A stretch of DNA of 64,000 nucleotides from Alphaproteobacteria bacterium (GCA_965221125.1 CBDCRW010000006.1:352001-416000), one strand, 5' to 3'. Positions 1-13,230 are shown, counted from the first letter of the stretch. A program made the numbers and translations. Notes: generated from the letters alone by a model not told the origin.

Positions 1-141
1 CAGCTCGCCGTTGCCCTTGCCGCGCTCGGCAATGTCGCGGTCCTTGAGCGCGGCAAGGATAAGCCTGATCGTCGCCACCCGACACGCATCGCGCGCCTTC
101 ATCGCGCGCTTAAGCGCGTCTTCCAGCTGCACTCGCAGCAT
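1..141 (-). CDS. GatB/YqeY domain protein (5' part; runs off window edge)
   Basis: Minus-strand translation from ATG at 141: MLRVQLEDALKRAMKARDACRVATIRLILAALKDRDIAERGKG, a typical YqeY N-terminus; divergent from carA as is common in alphaproteobacteria. Confidence 0.85.
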   Translation of the reverse strand, partial: MLRVQLEDALKRAMKARDACRVATIRLILAALKDRDIAERGKGNGEL

Positions 142-389
142 GGGCAGTCCCCCGTCACTTGGAATGGCATGGACTATAGGGGCCCCGAATCGGCGATCAA
201 CAACGATTCGTCCTTGACAAGATTCTCGTTGCCTGACGGGGCCTTCCGGTAACCGAAACTATGCCCCGCCGCGGCGGGGCCGGAGATCGGGGGTCGATGC
301 TTGACCCCGGCATGGCCCCGACTACACTGCGGCCACCTCTGATTCGGACAGGGCGGCGGGGATTCGCGGCCTGTCCGCAGGAAGCTCCG

Positions 390-1541
390 ATGTCCGGGAC
401 AGGCTCTCCTACCGCCACTGCGGCGCTCGCGCTCGCCGACGGGACCGTCTTTCGCGGCCGCGGCCTTGGCGCCGTGGGCGAGGCCGTCGGCGAGATCTGC
501 TTCAACACCGCGATGAGCGGCTACCAGGAGATCCTGACCGATCCCTCCTACGCCGGGCAGATCATCACCTTCACCTTTCCCCATATCGGCAACGTGGGGA
601 CCAACGACGACGATCTGGAGGCAGGCACCCCGGCGGCGCTCGGGCTCGTGCTGCGCGCCGACGTCACCGAGCCCTCCAACTGGCGCGCGGTGCAGCACCT
701 GGAGCGCTGGCTGGAGAGGCGCGGCCTCGTCGGCATCGCCGGCATCGACACGCGGCGGCTGACCCGCCTGCTGCGCACCGCCGGCGCGCAGGACGGCGCG
801 CTCGTGCACGCGCCTGAGCCCGAGGCGATCGACGAGGCCGAGCTCGTCGCCAAGGCCCGCGCCTGGCCGGGGCTCGAAGGCATGGATCTGGCGAAGGACG
901 TCTGCTGCCGCCAGGCCTACGAATGGACCGAGACCGCGTGGGATTTCGAGCGGGGCGGCTACGGCAGCCTGGACGCGCCGCGCCGCCACGTCGTCGCGGT
1001 CGACTACGGCGCCAAGCGGAACATCCTGCGCTCGCTGGCAGAGGCCGGCTGCCGGGTGACCGTGGTGCCCGCCACGGCGGACGCGGACTCGATCCTCGCC
1101 CGCGAGCCGGACGGCATCTTCCTCTCCAACGGGCCGGGTGACCCGGCGGCGACCGGCGACTACGCCGTGCCGATGATCCGCGCGCTGATGGCGAGCGGGC
1201 TGCCGCTCTTCGGCATCTGCCTCGGCCACCAGCTGCTTGCGCTGGCGCTCGGCGCGGAGACGCGGAAGATGCCCTTCGGCCACAGGGGCGCCAACCACCC
1301 GGTCAAGGAACTCGCGAGCGGGCGGGTCGAGATCACGAGCCAGAACCACGGCTTCGAGGTGACGGCGGAGTCGCTCCCTGCCGGCGTCACCGCCACGCAC
1401 GTCTCCCTCTTCGACGGCTCGCTGGAGGGGCTCGCGGTCGACGACCGGCCGATCTTCTCGGTCCAGTACCACCCCGAAGCGTCGCCCGGCCCGCAGGATG
1501 CGCAGCATCTCTTCGCCCGCTTCTGCGCGCTGATGGACTGA
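390..1541 (+). CDS. carA: Carbamoyl-phosphate synthase small subunit
   Basis: [31 protein letters not shown] (catalytic Cys), [11 protein letters not shown]; start placed at ATG 390 after GGAAG. Confidence 0.98.
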   Translation: MSGTGSPTATAALALADGTVFRGRGLGAVGEAVGEICFNTAMSGYQEILTDPSYAGQIITFTFPHIGNVGTNDDDLEAGTPAALGLVLRADVTEPSNWRAVQHLERWLERRGLVGIAGIDTRRLTRLLRTAGAQDGALVHAPEPEAIDEAELVAKARAWPGLEGMDLAKDVCCRQAYEWTETAWDFERGGYGSLDAPRRHVVAVDYGAKRNILRSLAEAGCRVTVVPATADADSILAREPDGIFLSNGPGDPAATGDYAVPMIRALMASGLPLFGICLGHQLLALALGAETRKMPFGHRGANHPVKELASGRVEITSQNHGFEVTAESLPAGVTATHVSLFDGSLEGLAVDDRPIFSVQYHPEASPGPQDAQHLFARFCALMD

Positions 1542-1548
1542 CGGGCGC

Positions 1549-4824
<3,276 letters not shown>

Positions 4825-4889
4825 GTGGAGATCATCGACAGGCTCGGGAGGGGACGCGCCCCCGGATGCGGGTGCGCGGCGATGCGGCG

Positions 4890-5360
4890 GTGGACAAGCA
4901 CTTGATGACGCCCGAGGGGCACAAGCGCCTCAAGGAAGAGCTGAGCCGCCTCAAGGCCGAGCGGCCCCGCATCGTGCGCGAGATCGCGGCCGCCCGCGAG
5001 CACGGCGACCTCTCGGAGAACGCCGAGTACCACGCCGCGAAGGACCGCCAGGGCCTCACCGAGGCGCGCATCCTGGAGCTGGAGGCCAAGATCGGCGGCG
5101 CCGAGGTGATCGACACCAGCACGCTCTCCGGCGACCGGGTGCAGTTCGGCGCCACGGTCTCGATCGTCGACGAAGACACCGAGGCCGAGAGCACCTACCT
5201 GATCGTCGGCGCCGACGAGGCGGATGCGAGCGAAGGCCGGCTCTCCATCACCTCGCCGCTGGCGCGCGCGCTGGTGGGCCGGGCCATCGGCGACTCGGTG
5301 GAGCTGGAGACGCCGGGCGGGCGCCACACCTACGAGATCACCGCCGTCCAGTACGGCTGA
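4890..5360 (+). CDS. greA: Transcription elongation factor GreA
   Basis: HGDLSENAEYHAAK, VQFGATV, SITSPLARAL; GTG start at 4890 assumed. Confidence 0.97.
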   Translation: MDKHLMTPEGHKRLKEELSRLKAERPRIVREIAAAREHGDLSENAEYHAAKDRQGLTEARILELEAKIGGAEVIDTSTLSGDRVQFGATVSIVDEDTEAESTYLIVGADEADASEGRLSITSPLARALVGRAIGDSVELETPGGRHTYEITAVQYG

Positions 5361-5383
5361 GTCTTCGGTCCGACCTGCGCCAC

Positions 5384-5539
5384 ATGGCCGGGGCGGCTGC
5401 TCCGGCCAGCTTCTCGCGTGCCCTGCTCCCAGCCGAACGCGAGCGCATCGTCCGGGACGACGACATCAAGCCCGCATTTCTCACCAAGGTCATGGTCTGC
5501 GCCGCACTGCCCGGCTATAGCGACACCAAGTCCAGGTGA
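5384..5539 (+). pseudogene. Possible remnant of a plasmid RepA (RepA_C/IncW-like) N-terminus
   Basis: 51-aa ORF containing AFLTKVMVCAALPGYSD, resembling the F-x3-MV-x-A-x-LP motif recalled for RepA_C proteins; by-eye similarity only. Confidence 0.25.
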
Positions 5540-5573
5540 ATCCGATCCTGTCCACGCTAGGCACCCCCTGTTG

Positions 5574-5603
5574 TCAGTAACCCAAATCCGGCCGCACGAC
5601 GTT
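5574..5603 (-). pseudogene. Displaced native 3' end (NVVRPDLGY*) of the D-2-hydroxyacid dehydrogenase split by IS256
   Basis: Removing the IS and one TSD copy joins ...GEPLQ to NVVRPDLGY-stop in frame, the canonical C-terminus of this family. Confidence 0.9.
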
Positions 5604-5656
5604 TTGGAGCGGTTGTGTCCCCAGACGTGGTGTAGGAGCTCCCGCTACCCCCGGTA

Positions 5657-5725
5657 GCTGTGGGTAACCGGCTTGGCGCCGCGACCGCCCTCGAGTCTGG
5701 TGGCGCCAAGCCGGTTATCCACAGC
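5657..5725. repeat. 24-bp-arm inverted repeat in the IS256 leader containing a DnaA box
   Basis: GCTGTGGGTAACCGGCTTGGCGCC (5657-5680) pairs with GGCGCCAAGCCGGTTATCCACAGC (5702-5725) with one G-T mismatch; TTATCCACA at 5715-5723. Confidence 0.85.
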
Positions 5726-5796
5726 GGGGTGGCCATCGCGGTTCCGGTTTAGGGTTTGGGTGAATCCGAATCGACCCGAGCCTAAGGAGAACCACG

Positions 5797-6993
5797 ATGA
5801 CCGATGACAAGCTTACCCTGCGGACGCTGTTGGAGAAGAGCTCTGACGCCGATCTGCTGCGTGAGATGATCGCCTTCTCTGCGCAGCGCCTTATGGAGCT
5901 GGAAGTCGAGGGCCTGACCGGCGCCGAGCATGGCGCGCGGACGCCGGAGCGGATCAACCAGCGCAACGGCTACCGCGATCGGCCTTGGGAGACCCGGGCC
6001 GGCACGGTCGACCTGAAGATTCCGAAGCTCAGGAAGGGGAGCTACTTCCCCGGCTTCCTGGAGCCCCGACGGACGGCGGAGAAGGCGCTCACGGCGGTGA
6101 TCCAGGAGGCCTACATCCAGGGGGTATCGACCCGCTCGGTCGACGAACTGGTTCAGGCCATGGGCATGAGCGGGATATCGAAGAGCCAGGTCTCGCGCCT
6201 TTGCGGGGAGATAGACGACAAGATCCGCAGCTTCCTCGACCGCCCGCTCGAAGGCGACTGGCCCTATCTCTGGCTGGATGCGACTTACGTGAAGGTGCGC
6301 GAGGCCGGGCGCATCGTCCCGGTCGCGGTCACCGTGGCCGTCGCGGTCAACGACCAGGGCCGGCGCGAGATCCTCGGCATGGCGATCGGCGCCTCCGAGG
6401 CCGAGACCTTCTGGACCGAGTTCCTGCGCTCGCTGACCAGGCGCGGCCTGCGCGGCGTGCAGCTGGTGATCTCCGACGACCACAAGGGCCTGAAGGCCGC
6501 CACCACCCGGATCCTCGGCGCCACCTGGCAGAGATGCCGCGTCCACTTCATGCGCAACCTGCTGGCCCATGCCGGCAAGCAGGGCCGGCGCGTCGTCTCC
6601 GCCTTCGTCGCCACCGCCTTCGCCCAGGACGATGCCGAGGCCGCTGCCGCCCAGTGGCGCCTGATCGCCGACCAGCTCAGGCCCAAGGCCTCCAAGCTGG
6701 CGGCCCTCATGGACGAGGCCCAGCACGACGTCCTCGCCTACATGAGCTTCCCCAAGGAGCACCGGGTCAAGCTTCACTCGACCAACCCGCTCGAACGCGT
6801 CAACGGCGAGATCAAGCGACGCACCAACGTCGTCGGCATCTTCCCCAACGAGGACGCCATCACCCGCCTCGTCGGCGCCGTGCTGCTCGAGCAGAACGAC
6901 GAATGGACCGTCGGAAGGAGGTACATGACGCTGGAATCGATCGCTCCCCTGAGCGACAATCCCACGATCAAGCTGTCCGCTGTGGCAGCCTGA
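5797..6993 (+). CDS. IS256-family (Mutator-type) DDE transposase
   Basis: [60 protein letters not shown]; RBS AAGGAG upstream. Confidence 0.97.
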   Translation: MTDDKLTLRTLLEKSSDADLLREMIAFSAQRLMELEVEGLTGAEHGARTPERINQRNGYRDRPWETRAGTVDLKIPKLRKGSYFPGFLEPRRTAEKALTAVIQEAYIQGVSTRSVDELVQAMGMSGISKSQVSRLCGEIDDKIRSFLDRPLEGDWPYLWLDATYVKVREAGRIVPVAVTVAVAVNDQGRREILGMAIGASEAETFWTEFLRSLTRRGLRGVQLVISDDHKGLKAATTRILGATWQRCRVHFMRNLLAHAGKQGRRVVSAFVATAFAQDDAEAAAAQWRLIADQLRPKASKLAALMDEAQHDVLAYMSFPKEHRVKLHSTNPLERVNGEIKRRTNVVGIFPNEDAITRLVGAVLLEQNDEWTVGRRYMTLESIAPLSDNPTIKLSAVAA

Positions 6994-7004
6994 ATAACCC
7001 GGCC

Positions 7005-8063
7005 CTACCCGCCGGATGCCGCGTAAAGCGCGACGCTCTTACACCACTCCTCGGGACACGATCTTTGGAGCGGCTCGCCCCGGATATGGCGCCGGAGATT
7101 GTTGAAGAGGATGTCCAGCGTAATCGGCACATAGTTGTCGCCGTCGTCGGCGGAAACATGTGGCGTCACGACAAGATTGGGCACATGCCAAAGCGGCGAT
7201 TCAGGCGGAAGGGGCTCGGGATCGAAGACATCGATGATGGCGCCCGAAAGATGGCCCGCCCGCAAGAGGTCAGAGAGTGCCTCATAGTTCATGGCGGACG
7301 AACGGCCGACGTTGACGATACCGGCGCCCGGCTTCATCCGTTCAAGCCGCCTGCGGTCGAACAGCCCCACCGTTTGCGGTGTGGACGGCAGCGAGACGAA
7401 GACGTAATCGGCGCGTGGCAGGATGTCGTCGATCCGGTCCGTCGTGACCATTTCATCGACTTGCGGATGCGGTCTGCCGCTGCGATTCACGCCCAGCACT
7501 TCGAGCCCGAGGCGCTTGAGCTGCGTTGCGGCGCCGCCGCCCAGACTGCCGACGCCGACGACAAGGACCGTCTTGCCGGCGATCGGCGTCGAAAAGAGCG
7601 ACCGCCACTTGCCATTCCGCTGATTGGTGACAATGGCCGGCATATGGCTGTGCAGCATCAGGATGCTCATCAGGCCGAATTCGCCCGCCTTGGCCGCATG
7701 GGCGCCCTTGTTCGCGACGACCTGTACGCCCTCGGGGACCCAGTCCATCGGGCACAGGTGCTCGACACCGGCGCCGATGATGTGAATCCACTTGAGGTTC
7801 GGCGCAATCGTGGCCAGGTCTCGCGTCGGCAAATCCCAGCAGAACAACACATCGGTGTCGCGCATCGACCGCGTGAAATTGTCGCAATCCCAATCGATGA
7901 AGACATCCACATGCCGAGCGACATCGGGATGCCGGCCGGCTGCTTCGGCCCAGTGCTCCGGCGTCGTCGTGAACACGGCTTCGGACTCCGGTGTGGAGGG
8001 AAATGTCTCCGGCGAAGCGTGGTTGTTCTTGACGTGCACCTTTATCTTGCGCGGCGGATCCAT
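7005..8063 (-). CDS. D-2-hydroxyacid dehydrogenase family protein; C-terminus replaced by IS256-derived sequence
   Basis: IGAGVEH, GVGSLG Rossmann motif, NVGRS, DVFDPEPLP, TPHVS; the last ~19 residues read into the IS right end. Confidence 0.9.
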   Translation of the reverse strand: MDPPRKIKVHVKNNHASPETFPSTPESEAVFTTTPEHWAEAAGRHPDVARHVDVFIDWDCDNFTRSMRDTDVLFCWDLPTRDLATIAPNLKWIHIIGAGVEHLCPMDWVPEGVQVVANKGAHAAKAGEFGLMSILMLHSHMPAIVTNQRNGKWRSLFSTPIAGKTVLVVGVGSLGGGAATQLKRLGLEVLGVNRSGRPHPQVDEMVTTDRIDDILPRADYVFVSLPSTPQTVGLFDRRRLERMKPGAGIVNVGRSSAMNYEALSDLLRAGHLSGAIIDVFDPEPLPPESPLWHVPNLVVTPHVSADDGDNYVPITLDILFNNLRRHIRGEPLQRSCPEEWCKSVALYAASGG

Positions 8064-8103
8064 ATGCGGGCCCTTGGTGCGATTCGAAAGAGACTGGCCG
8101 GGG

Positions 8104-9168
8104 TCATGTCGGTGCGTTACCTCGGATTCCGTTCAGGAGATTGGAGACGGTGACGATTCCGACCGGGTTGTTGTCGCCGTTGACGACGAGGACCGGCTCA
8201 AGGCTCACCGTCTTCATCTGGACCAGGCTGTCGAGATCCGTATCGTCCGGAACGCAGCGATAGTGCGCCACCGCCGCACCCGGATTTTCGTGTTCGTATT
8301 GTTCGACCGGCTGCATGACCGAGTGCGCGCGAACCAGTTTCAGCTTGGAAATGCCCCTGACGAACTCGGCGACGTAGGCGTCCTTCGGTTCGGTCACGAT
8401 TTCCTCCGGCGTGCCGACCTGCACGAAGCGCCCCTCGTTCATGATGGCAATCCGGTCGCCCAGGCGGATCGCCTCTTCGAGGTCGTGCGTTATGAATACC
8501 GACGTCTTGTTGAGTGTCTTCCACAGATGCAGGAACTCATCCTGCAACTGCCGCCGGATCAGCGGATCCAGGGCACTGAAGGGTTCGTCCATCAACAGCA
8601 GTTCCGGATCCGTCGCCAACGCCCTGGCCAAGCCGATGCGCTGCTGCATCCCGCCCGACAGTTCGTCCGGATAATGTCTTGCCCAGGCCCCCAGCTGCAC
8701 CAGTTCGAGCATCTCCTGCGACCGTTGCCGCCGTTGCTGTTTCGGGACATTCAGCACTTCCAGACCGAACGAGACGTTGTCCGCGACGCACCAGTGGGGG
8801 AACAGCGCCATTTTCTGAAACACCATGCCGATCTTTTCGGAGCGCAGGCGCAGCAGCTCCTTGTGGCTCAAGCCGTTGATGTCGACACCGCCGACCAGCA
8901 GCTCTCCGGCGGTAGGTTCGATCAGGCGGTTGATGTGCCTGATGAGGGTGGACTTGCCGCTGCCGGAAAGGCCCATGACACAGAATATCTCGCCGTGCAT
9001 CACCGCGAAATTCACACCGGCAACCGCGACGATTGCGCCGAATTCGTCGAGCACCTGCTCCTTGCTCAGGGTGTGCGATCGCATCGCCTCGAGCGCTTGC
9101 TCCACATTGTGTCCAAATATCTTCCAGACGTCTCTTCCAGCGACCGCGGGTTCCTCTCGTTCGCTCAT
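8104..9168 (-). CDS. proV: Glycine betaine/proline/choline-type ABC transporter ATP-binding protein (ProV-like)
   Basis: MGLSGSGKST, LSGGMQQRIGLARAL, LLMDEPFSALDPLIR, CBS-like tail. Confidence 0.9.
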   Translation of the reverse strand: MSEREEPAVAGRDVWKIFGHNVEQALEAMRSHTLSKEQVLDEFGAIVAVAGVNFAVMHGEIFCVMGLSGSGKSTLIRHINRLIEPTAGELLVGGVDINGLSHKELLRLRSEKIGMVFQKMALFPHWCVADNVSFGLEVLNVPKQQRRQRSQEMLELVQLGAWARHYPDELSGGMQQRIGLARALATDPELLLMDEPFSALDPLIRRQLQDEFLHLWKTLNKTSVFITHDLEEAIRLGDRIAIMNEGRFVQVGTPEEIVTEPKDAYVAEFVRGISKLKLVRAHSVMQPVEQYEHENPGAAVAHYRCVPDDTDLDSLVQMKTVSLEPVLVVNGDNNPVGIVTVSNLLNGIRGNAPT

Positions 9169-9200
9169 TTCGAGCTCCCGCTATCGTCGCGGCGAAGGAT

Positions 9201-9243
9201 GGGCGCGCGTCCGGATCGCGGAAAATCCGGACAGTGCGCGCCC
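9201..9243. terminator. GC-rich stem-loop between the binding-protein and ATPase genes
   Basis: GGGCGCGCGTCCGGAT ... ATCCGGACAGTGCGCGCCC imperfect inverted repeat; no clear U tract. Confidence 0.4.
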
Positions 9244-9276
9244 TCCTCTGCTCTGCGGAACAATCCGCGCCTGCGG

Positions 9277-10287
9277 TTACTGGCCGGCGCTGCGCGCGTC
9301 GGCCAACCAGCCGTCAAACAATTCCTGGTTTTGCGCTATCCACTCTTCCGCGTGGCGGCGGACATCCTCGAACGAGTCCTCGCCCTGCCGAATCTGGTAG
9401 TTCTCATCGTTGACGTCGCCGATCGGGATGCTGACCAATTCGAACCAGCGCGCCGCGTCCGGGTGTTCGTTCAGGAAGTCGTTGTTGGCGATGATCCTGA
9501 TCGTGTTCACGGAAAAGCCGATATTGCGCCCATCCGGCAGCATGGTGTCTTCCTCGGCATCGTCGGGAAGCGCAGTGAAGGGGACCTCCAGCCATTCCAC
9601 CTGGTCTCCGGGCCGCAACACCTGAGAGACCCAAAGCGGGGTGTAGGTGTAGTAGAGCACCGCCTCGCCCGCACCGTGACGGGCGACCACATCGGCGGCC
9701 ATCACCATGAACTGCCCCTGGTTGTGCGTCACCGTATCGCGCAGGCCGTAGGCATCGAGGTGGTGTTCGATGACCCTCTCGCAGCCCCAGCCGGGCGGAC
9801 AACCGGCAAGGTCGGCCTTGCCGTCCTCATCGGTATCGAAGATCTTGGCGATCTCCGGGTCCTTGAGCTGCTCGACATTCGTGATGCCGTGCGCCTTGGC
9901 GGTCGCGGAATCGATCAGATATCCCTGTCCGGCGCCCTCGACCAGCGCGCCGAGCTTGGTCATGGCACTCGTTCCGCCGGCCTTGTCGAAATAGACATTC
10001 TGAAGAGGCTGCCAGTGAACGGCGACGAAGTCGGCCTCTCCCTGGCCGACTGCGACGTGCATGGCCGGAATGTCGAGGTGCTTGACCGTTTCCACGTCGA
10101 AGCCCAGGCGTTCGAGGCCGATGTTGACCACTTCCGTCTGGAACAGTCCTTCCAGCAGGCCGTCATAGGCCGGGCGGACCGTGCCCTTGTCGCCGGCAAT
10201 CGCGGCTGACGATGCGCCCAGGCCGATCAGCGCGAGCGCGAGGGCCGTCGACCGTCCGGTCCGGTTAAGTCGTTCCCATGTAGACAT
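9277..10287 (-). CDS. proX: Quaternary-amine ABC transporter substrate-binding protein (ProX-like)
   Basis: Signal peptide, AGQGYLID, GCPPGWGCE, YYTYTPLW, EEWIAQNQ; start at ATG 10287 after AGGAAAGG. Confidence 0.88.
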   Translation of the reverse strand: MSTWERLNRTGRSTALALALIGLGASSAAIAGDKGTVRPAYDGLLEGLFQTEVVNIGLERLGFDVETVKHLDIPAMHVAVGQGEADFVAVHWQPLQNVYFDKAGGTSAMTKLGALVEGAGQGYLIDSATAKAHGITNVEQLKDPEIAKIFDTDEDGKADLAGCPPGWGCERVIEHHLDAYGLRDTVTHNQGQFMVMAADVVARHGAGEAVLYYTYTPLWVSQVLRPGDQVEWLEVPFTALPDDAEEDTMLPDGRNIGFSVNTIRIIANNDFLNEHPDAARWFELVSIPIGDVNDENYQIRQGEDSFEDVRRHAEEWIAQNQELFDGWLADARSAGQ

Positions 10288-10340
10288 GTTCGTGTTTCCT
10301 TTCCTATGGTTTTGGGTTGGATTATCGGGCTCGATCGCCC

Positions 10341-11270
10341 TTATGAGGCACGCGCGGTTTGAGCCCCTCCGCGTCGGGTCAGGCGCAGACAAACGCCGAC
10401 CGGGCCCCGTTCCCTCCAGCTGGTTCTGTCACGACTGGAGGACGCGGCGGCCTGAGTTATTCGGTCTATGATCATGGCGAGGACGACGATCGCGATGCCG
10501 CCCACGGCAGCCAGTCCCATGTCGAGACGGCCGATGCCGCGCAGCACCATTTGCCCCAGGCCCTCGACGGCAATCATCGAGGCGTAAACGACCATGGAAA
10601 GCACCATCATGAGCGTCTGGTTGACGCCCGCCATGATGGTTCGTCCGGCCAGCGGAATCTGGACACGAAACAGCACCCGCGTTTCCGAGGCGCCGAATGC
10701 CCTCGCTGCTTCGAGCACGTCGGGCGGGACTTCCCGCAATCCCAGGTTTGTCAGCCTGATGACGGGCGGCAACGCAAAGATCACGGTAACGATAATCCCG
10801 GGCACGTTGCCGATGCCGACAAGCATCACGACCGGCACCATGTAGACGAAGCCCGGCATCGTCTGCATCACGTCGAGAACCGGCCGCAACGCTGCCTCCA
10901 CCCGGTCGTTCCGCGCGGCCCAGATGCCGAGCGGGACTCCGATAACAACGCAGAAAAGCACCGAGGTGAGAACCAGGGCTATGGTGGTCATGGCCTCGTC
11001 CCACACCCCGATAAATCCCAGGAAGGTCATCGCCACCGCGGCGAAAATACCGATCCGCAGCCCGGCAATCTGCCAGCACAATAGAAAGAGAAGCGGTAGA
11101 AAGAGCAGCGGTGGGACCGCCAACAAAGCTGTTTCTATCCCGTCCAGAATTGCACCGACGGGCCCACGAATTGCATAGAATATCGAGCGGTATTCCTGTA
11201 CCAGGTAATCCAGTGCCGTCTGTATCCAACCGTCCAGCGGAATGTGGTAGCGGTCAAATATGTCGGGCAT
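10341..11270 (-). CDS. proW: Quaternary-amine ABC transporter permease (ProW-like)
   Basis: PVLDVMQTMPGFVY, PPVIRLTNLGLR, EAARAFGA (EAA loop), GVNQTLMM. Confidence 0.9.
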   Translation of the reverse strand: MPDIFDRYHIPLDGWIQTALDYLVQEYRSIFYAIRGPVGAILDGIETALLAVPPLLFLPLLFLLCWQIAGLRIGIFAAVAMTFLGFIGVWDEAMTTIALVLTSVLFCVVIGVPLGIWAARNDRVEAALRPVLDVMQTMPGFVYMVPVVMLVGIGNVPGIIVTVIFALPPVIRLTNLGLREVPPDVLEAARAFGASETRVLFRVQIPLAGRTIMAGVNQTLMMVLSMVVYASMIAVEGLGQMVLRGIGRLDMGLAAVGGIAIVVLAMIIDRITQAAASSSRDRTSWRERGPVGVCLRLTRRGGAQTARAS

Positions 11271-11321
11271 CGTGCCCTCCCATTCGCCTGGCGCCGGCAC
11301 GCACGATCACGGCAATCGGGC

Positions 11322-12698
11322 TCACCCGAATTCCTGGTCGACCCTCTCGTCGGATTCGATTTGCCTGAGCCGGCGGACGACACTCTCCACGCGCTCGTCC
11401 TCGGGCAGCCCCTCGGCCTCGAATTGCGCCTCCATCACGGCTTCGCCGACTGCGCGCAGCAGCGCGCCGTCGTCGCTGCCGTTGCTTGGCTTGTGGAGGA
11501 CGGTGTCGCCGCCATACGTTGGAATCGGGCCATCGCGACAACCGTCCGCCGCCTGGAGCGGCTCGGTACCGTCCTGCAGAGCGCGAACGAGCGAACGCAG
11601 ACGCTTGCGATAGCCCACGATGCCCCGGTCGCTGGGCACGAGGTGTTCCTTCTCATGCTCGGTAACGGTGCCCATGCTCTCGGTGGCTTCGGCATCCGCA
11701 GGGAAGAGCTTTTTTTCCTCGTCGGATCGATCGAACAGCTCGCCCTGCTCGATCAGTTCGCAGCCCTCGGGCGTGTTGTATTCCGGCGGATCGGCACGGT
11801 CGCCGAAAACCGCCCAGGCAAAGCACATCGTCTCTTCGTCACTGAGCGGAACCACCCAGCGTACAAAGGCGGTCCGCCCGTAATAGCGCTGCGCGCTTCC
11901 GTCAGCGGCGAAGGCAGCGCCGGCCTGGGTGAAGTTGGGGAGTACTAATTCATTTGTGCGGACCCAGACGTTCTCGCCCACCCTGCGTGTGGAGGTACCC
12001 AGAAAACTCGTTTCCCGGTCGTAGAACTTCATCTCGCCGATTTCCCCGAACCCTTTCGAGAACTGCTCACGGCTGGTGCGCGAATGCAGGAAAGCGGTGT
12101 GAAGCGGGTCGACGATTGCGTCGAGCACCTGCAACCAGTTGCAGTGAAACGGCGCCTTGTAAGGCACGAGTTCCTGTCCGGGCAGATCGAAAATGTCGTA
12201 AATGGGAAACGCGGGCTTTAGTTCGGGCGGCCCCAGATAGGCAAATATCAATCCCTTGTAATCCTTCACCGGATAGGCACCCAGGGTCACGGTCTGACAA
12301 ACCCGTTCTTCCACCTTCTTGGGCTGCCCCGGTACCTCGAGGACCGTCCCATCGGTATCGAAAAGCCAACCGTGGTAACAGCAGCGGATGCCTCGTTCTT
12401 CCGGAACGCCGTACTCGAGCGAAGATCGCCGATGAGGGCAGCGGCGGTGCACCAGGCCGATGCGGTCGCTCTTGTCTCGAAACAGGACAAGATCTTCGCC
12501 AAGCACCTGAATCAGCCTGGGCCTCGCACCAAGCTCCGACGCCAGCGCCACGGGATGCCAGAACCGTCTCAGATACTCGCCGCACGGCGTATTCGGGCCG
12601 ATCTCGGTCAACTCGGCATCGCTCTTCCCGATCCATGTCTGGTGATAGCCGCCATAGGTAAGGTTCTGCTTCGGTCGGTATCGAATGGAATCGGTCAT
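11322..12698 (-). CDS. Rieske non-heme iron oxygenase alpha subunit (phthalate 4,5-dioxygenase / LigXa / PobA-like)
   Basis: TPCGEYLRRFWHPV, Rieske ligands CPHRR...CCYHGW, mononuclear-iron motif DAIVDPLHTAFLH, EHLVPSDRG. It is the C-terminal part of the 2069-aa track ORF; real start at ATG 12698. Confidence 0.92.
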   Translation of the reverse strand: MTDSIRYRPKQNLTYGGYHQTWIGKSDAELTEIGPNTPCGEYLRRFWHPVALASELGARPRLIQVLGEDLVLFRDKSDRIGLVHRRCPHRRSSLEYGVPEERGIRCCYHGWLFDTDGTVLEVPGQPKKVEERVCQTVTLGAYPVKDYKGLIFAYLGPPELKPAFPIYDIFDLPGQELVPYKAPFHCNWLQVLDAIVDPLHTAFLHSRTSREQFSKGFGEIGEMKFYDRETSFLGTSTRRVGENVWVRTNELVLPNFTQAGAAFAADGSAQRYYGRTAFVRWVVPLSDEETMCFAWAVFGDRADPPEYNTPEGCELIEQGELFDRSDEEKKLFPADAEATESMGTVTEHEKEHLVPSDRGIVGYRKRLRSLVRALQDGTEPLQAADGCRDGPIPTYGGDTVLHKPSNGSDDGALLRAVGEAVMEAQFEAEGLPEDERVESVVRRLRQIESDERVDQEFG

Positions 12699-12919
12699 AT
12701 TTGTGACCCCGCATCGTTCGACGCGTTCTCCACCGTGAGCACGCTCGGACTGGCGTCGAGGGCCATGGCGGCAGGGAACGCGCGCGAACCGTTCATGGCG
12801 TGTTCCTGACCCCGCGGTCCCCGTGTCCGTATTCGGCACGAAAGCCGCGACGGCCGGCGCGTACGTTCTGCCGTCGAGAGGGCAAGAAAACTCCACGGCG
12901 GATGCGCGCCGACCGCCGC

Positions 12920-13230
12920 ACTCGGTATCTATCTCTTGCAAGTATACCGGCATATCAACGAATATAGTGCGTATAATGAGTTGAATTAGGCGAATAATTG
13001 GAGAATTTCTGCCGTCCCATCCCCGGTCGCTCAGGTTGTGGAACAACTGCGCGCAGTGAACGCAGCATCGGCCTGAGCGGGTACGGGCTACGGGCGCCGA
13101 CCCCGCCCCGCCGTCCCTTTGGCTCGGATGCCGGGCGGAAGCGGCATAAAGTCGCCTTATATTCGCATAACTCGCGCCACTATAGTCATACATTTCGTAT
13201 AACCATTTTGTATACTGCCATTCCGTTGAA
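12920..13230. promoter_or_regulatory. AT-rich divergent regulatory region between the Rieske operon and the adhesin gene
   Basis: Sharp drop in GC; perfect TATAAT at 12972-12977; no well-spaced -35 found. Confidence 0.45.

Larger units (their letters stand above)
5611..7063 (+). mobile_element. Complete IS256-family insertion sequence (1453 bp)
   Basis: 29-bp imperfect terminal inverted repeats (5611-5639 and 7035-7063, 23/29 match), flanked by the 8-bp direct repeat TTTGGAGC (5603-5610 and 7064-7071); single transposase ORF. Confidence 0.95.

Noticed and set aside
214-219. TTGACA upstream of carA as a sigma70 promoter
   Set aside because: No properly spaced -10 element was recognisable, so it was not annotated.
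5361-5610. Duplicate of the tRNA-Lys 3' end (att site) at the left island border
   Set aside because: No match to TGGTGGGCGCACTAGG was seen here, and there is no integrase in the window.
5985-8153. 722-aa ORF crossing IS256 and the dehydrogenase
   Set aside because: Off-frame read of the transposase joined to an antisense frame; no coherent domain.
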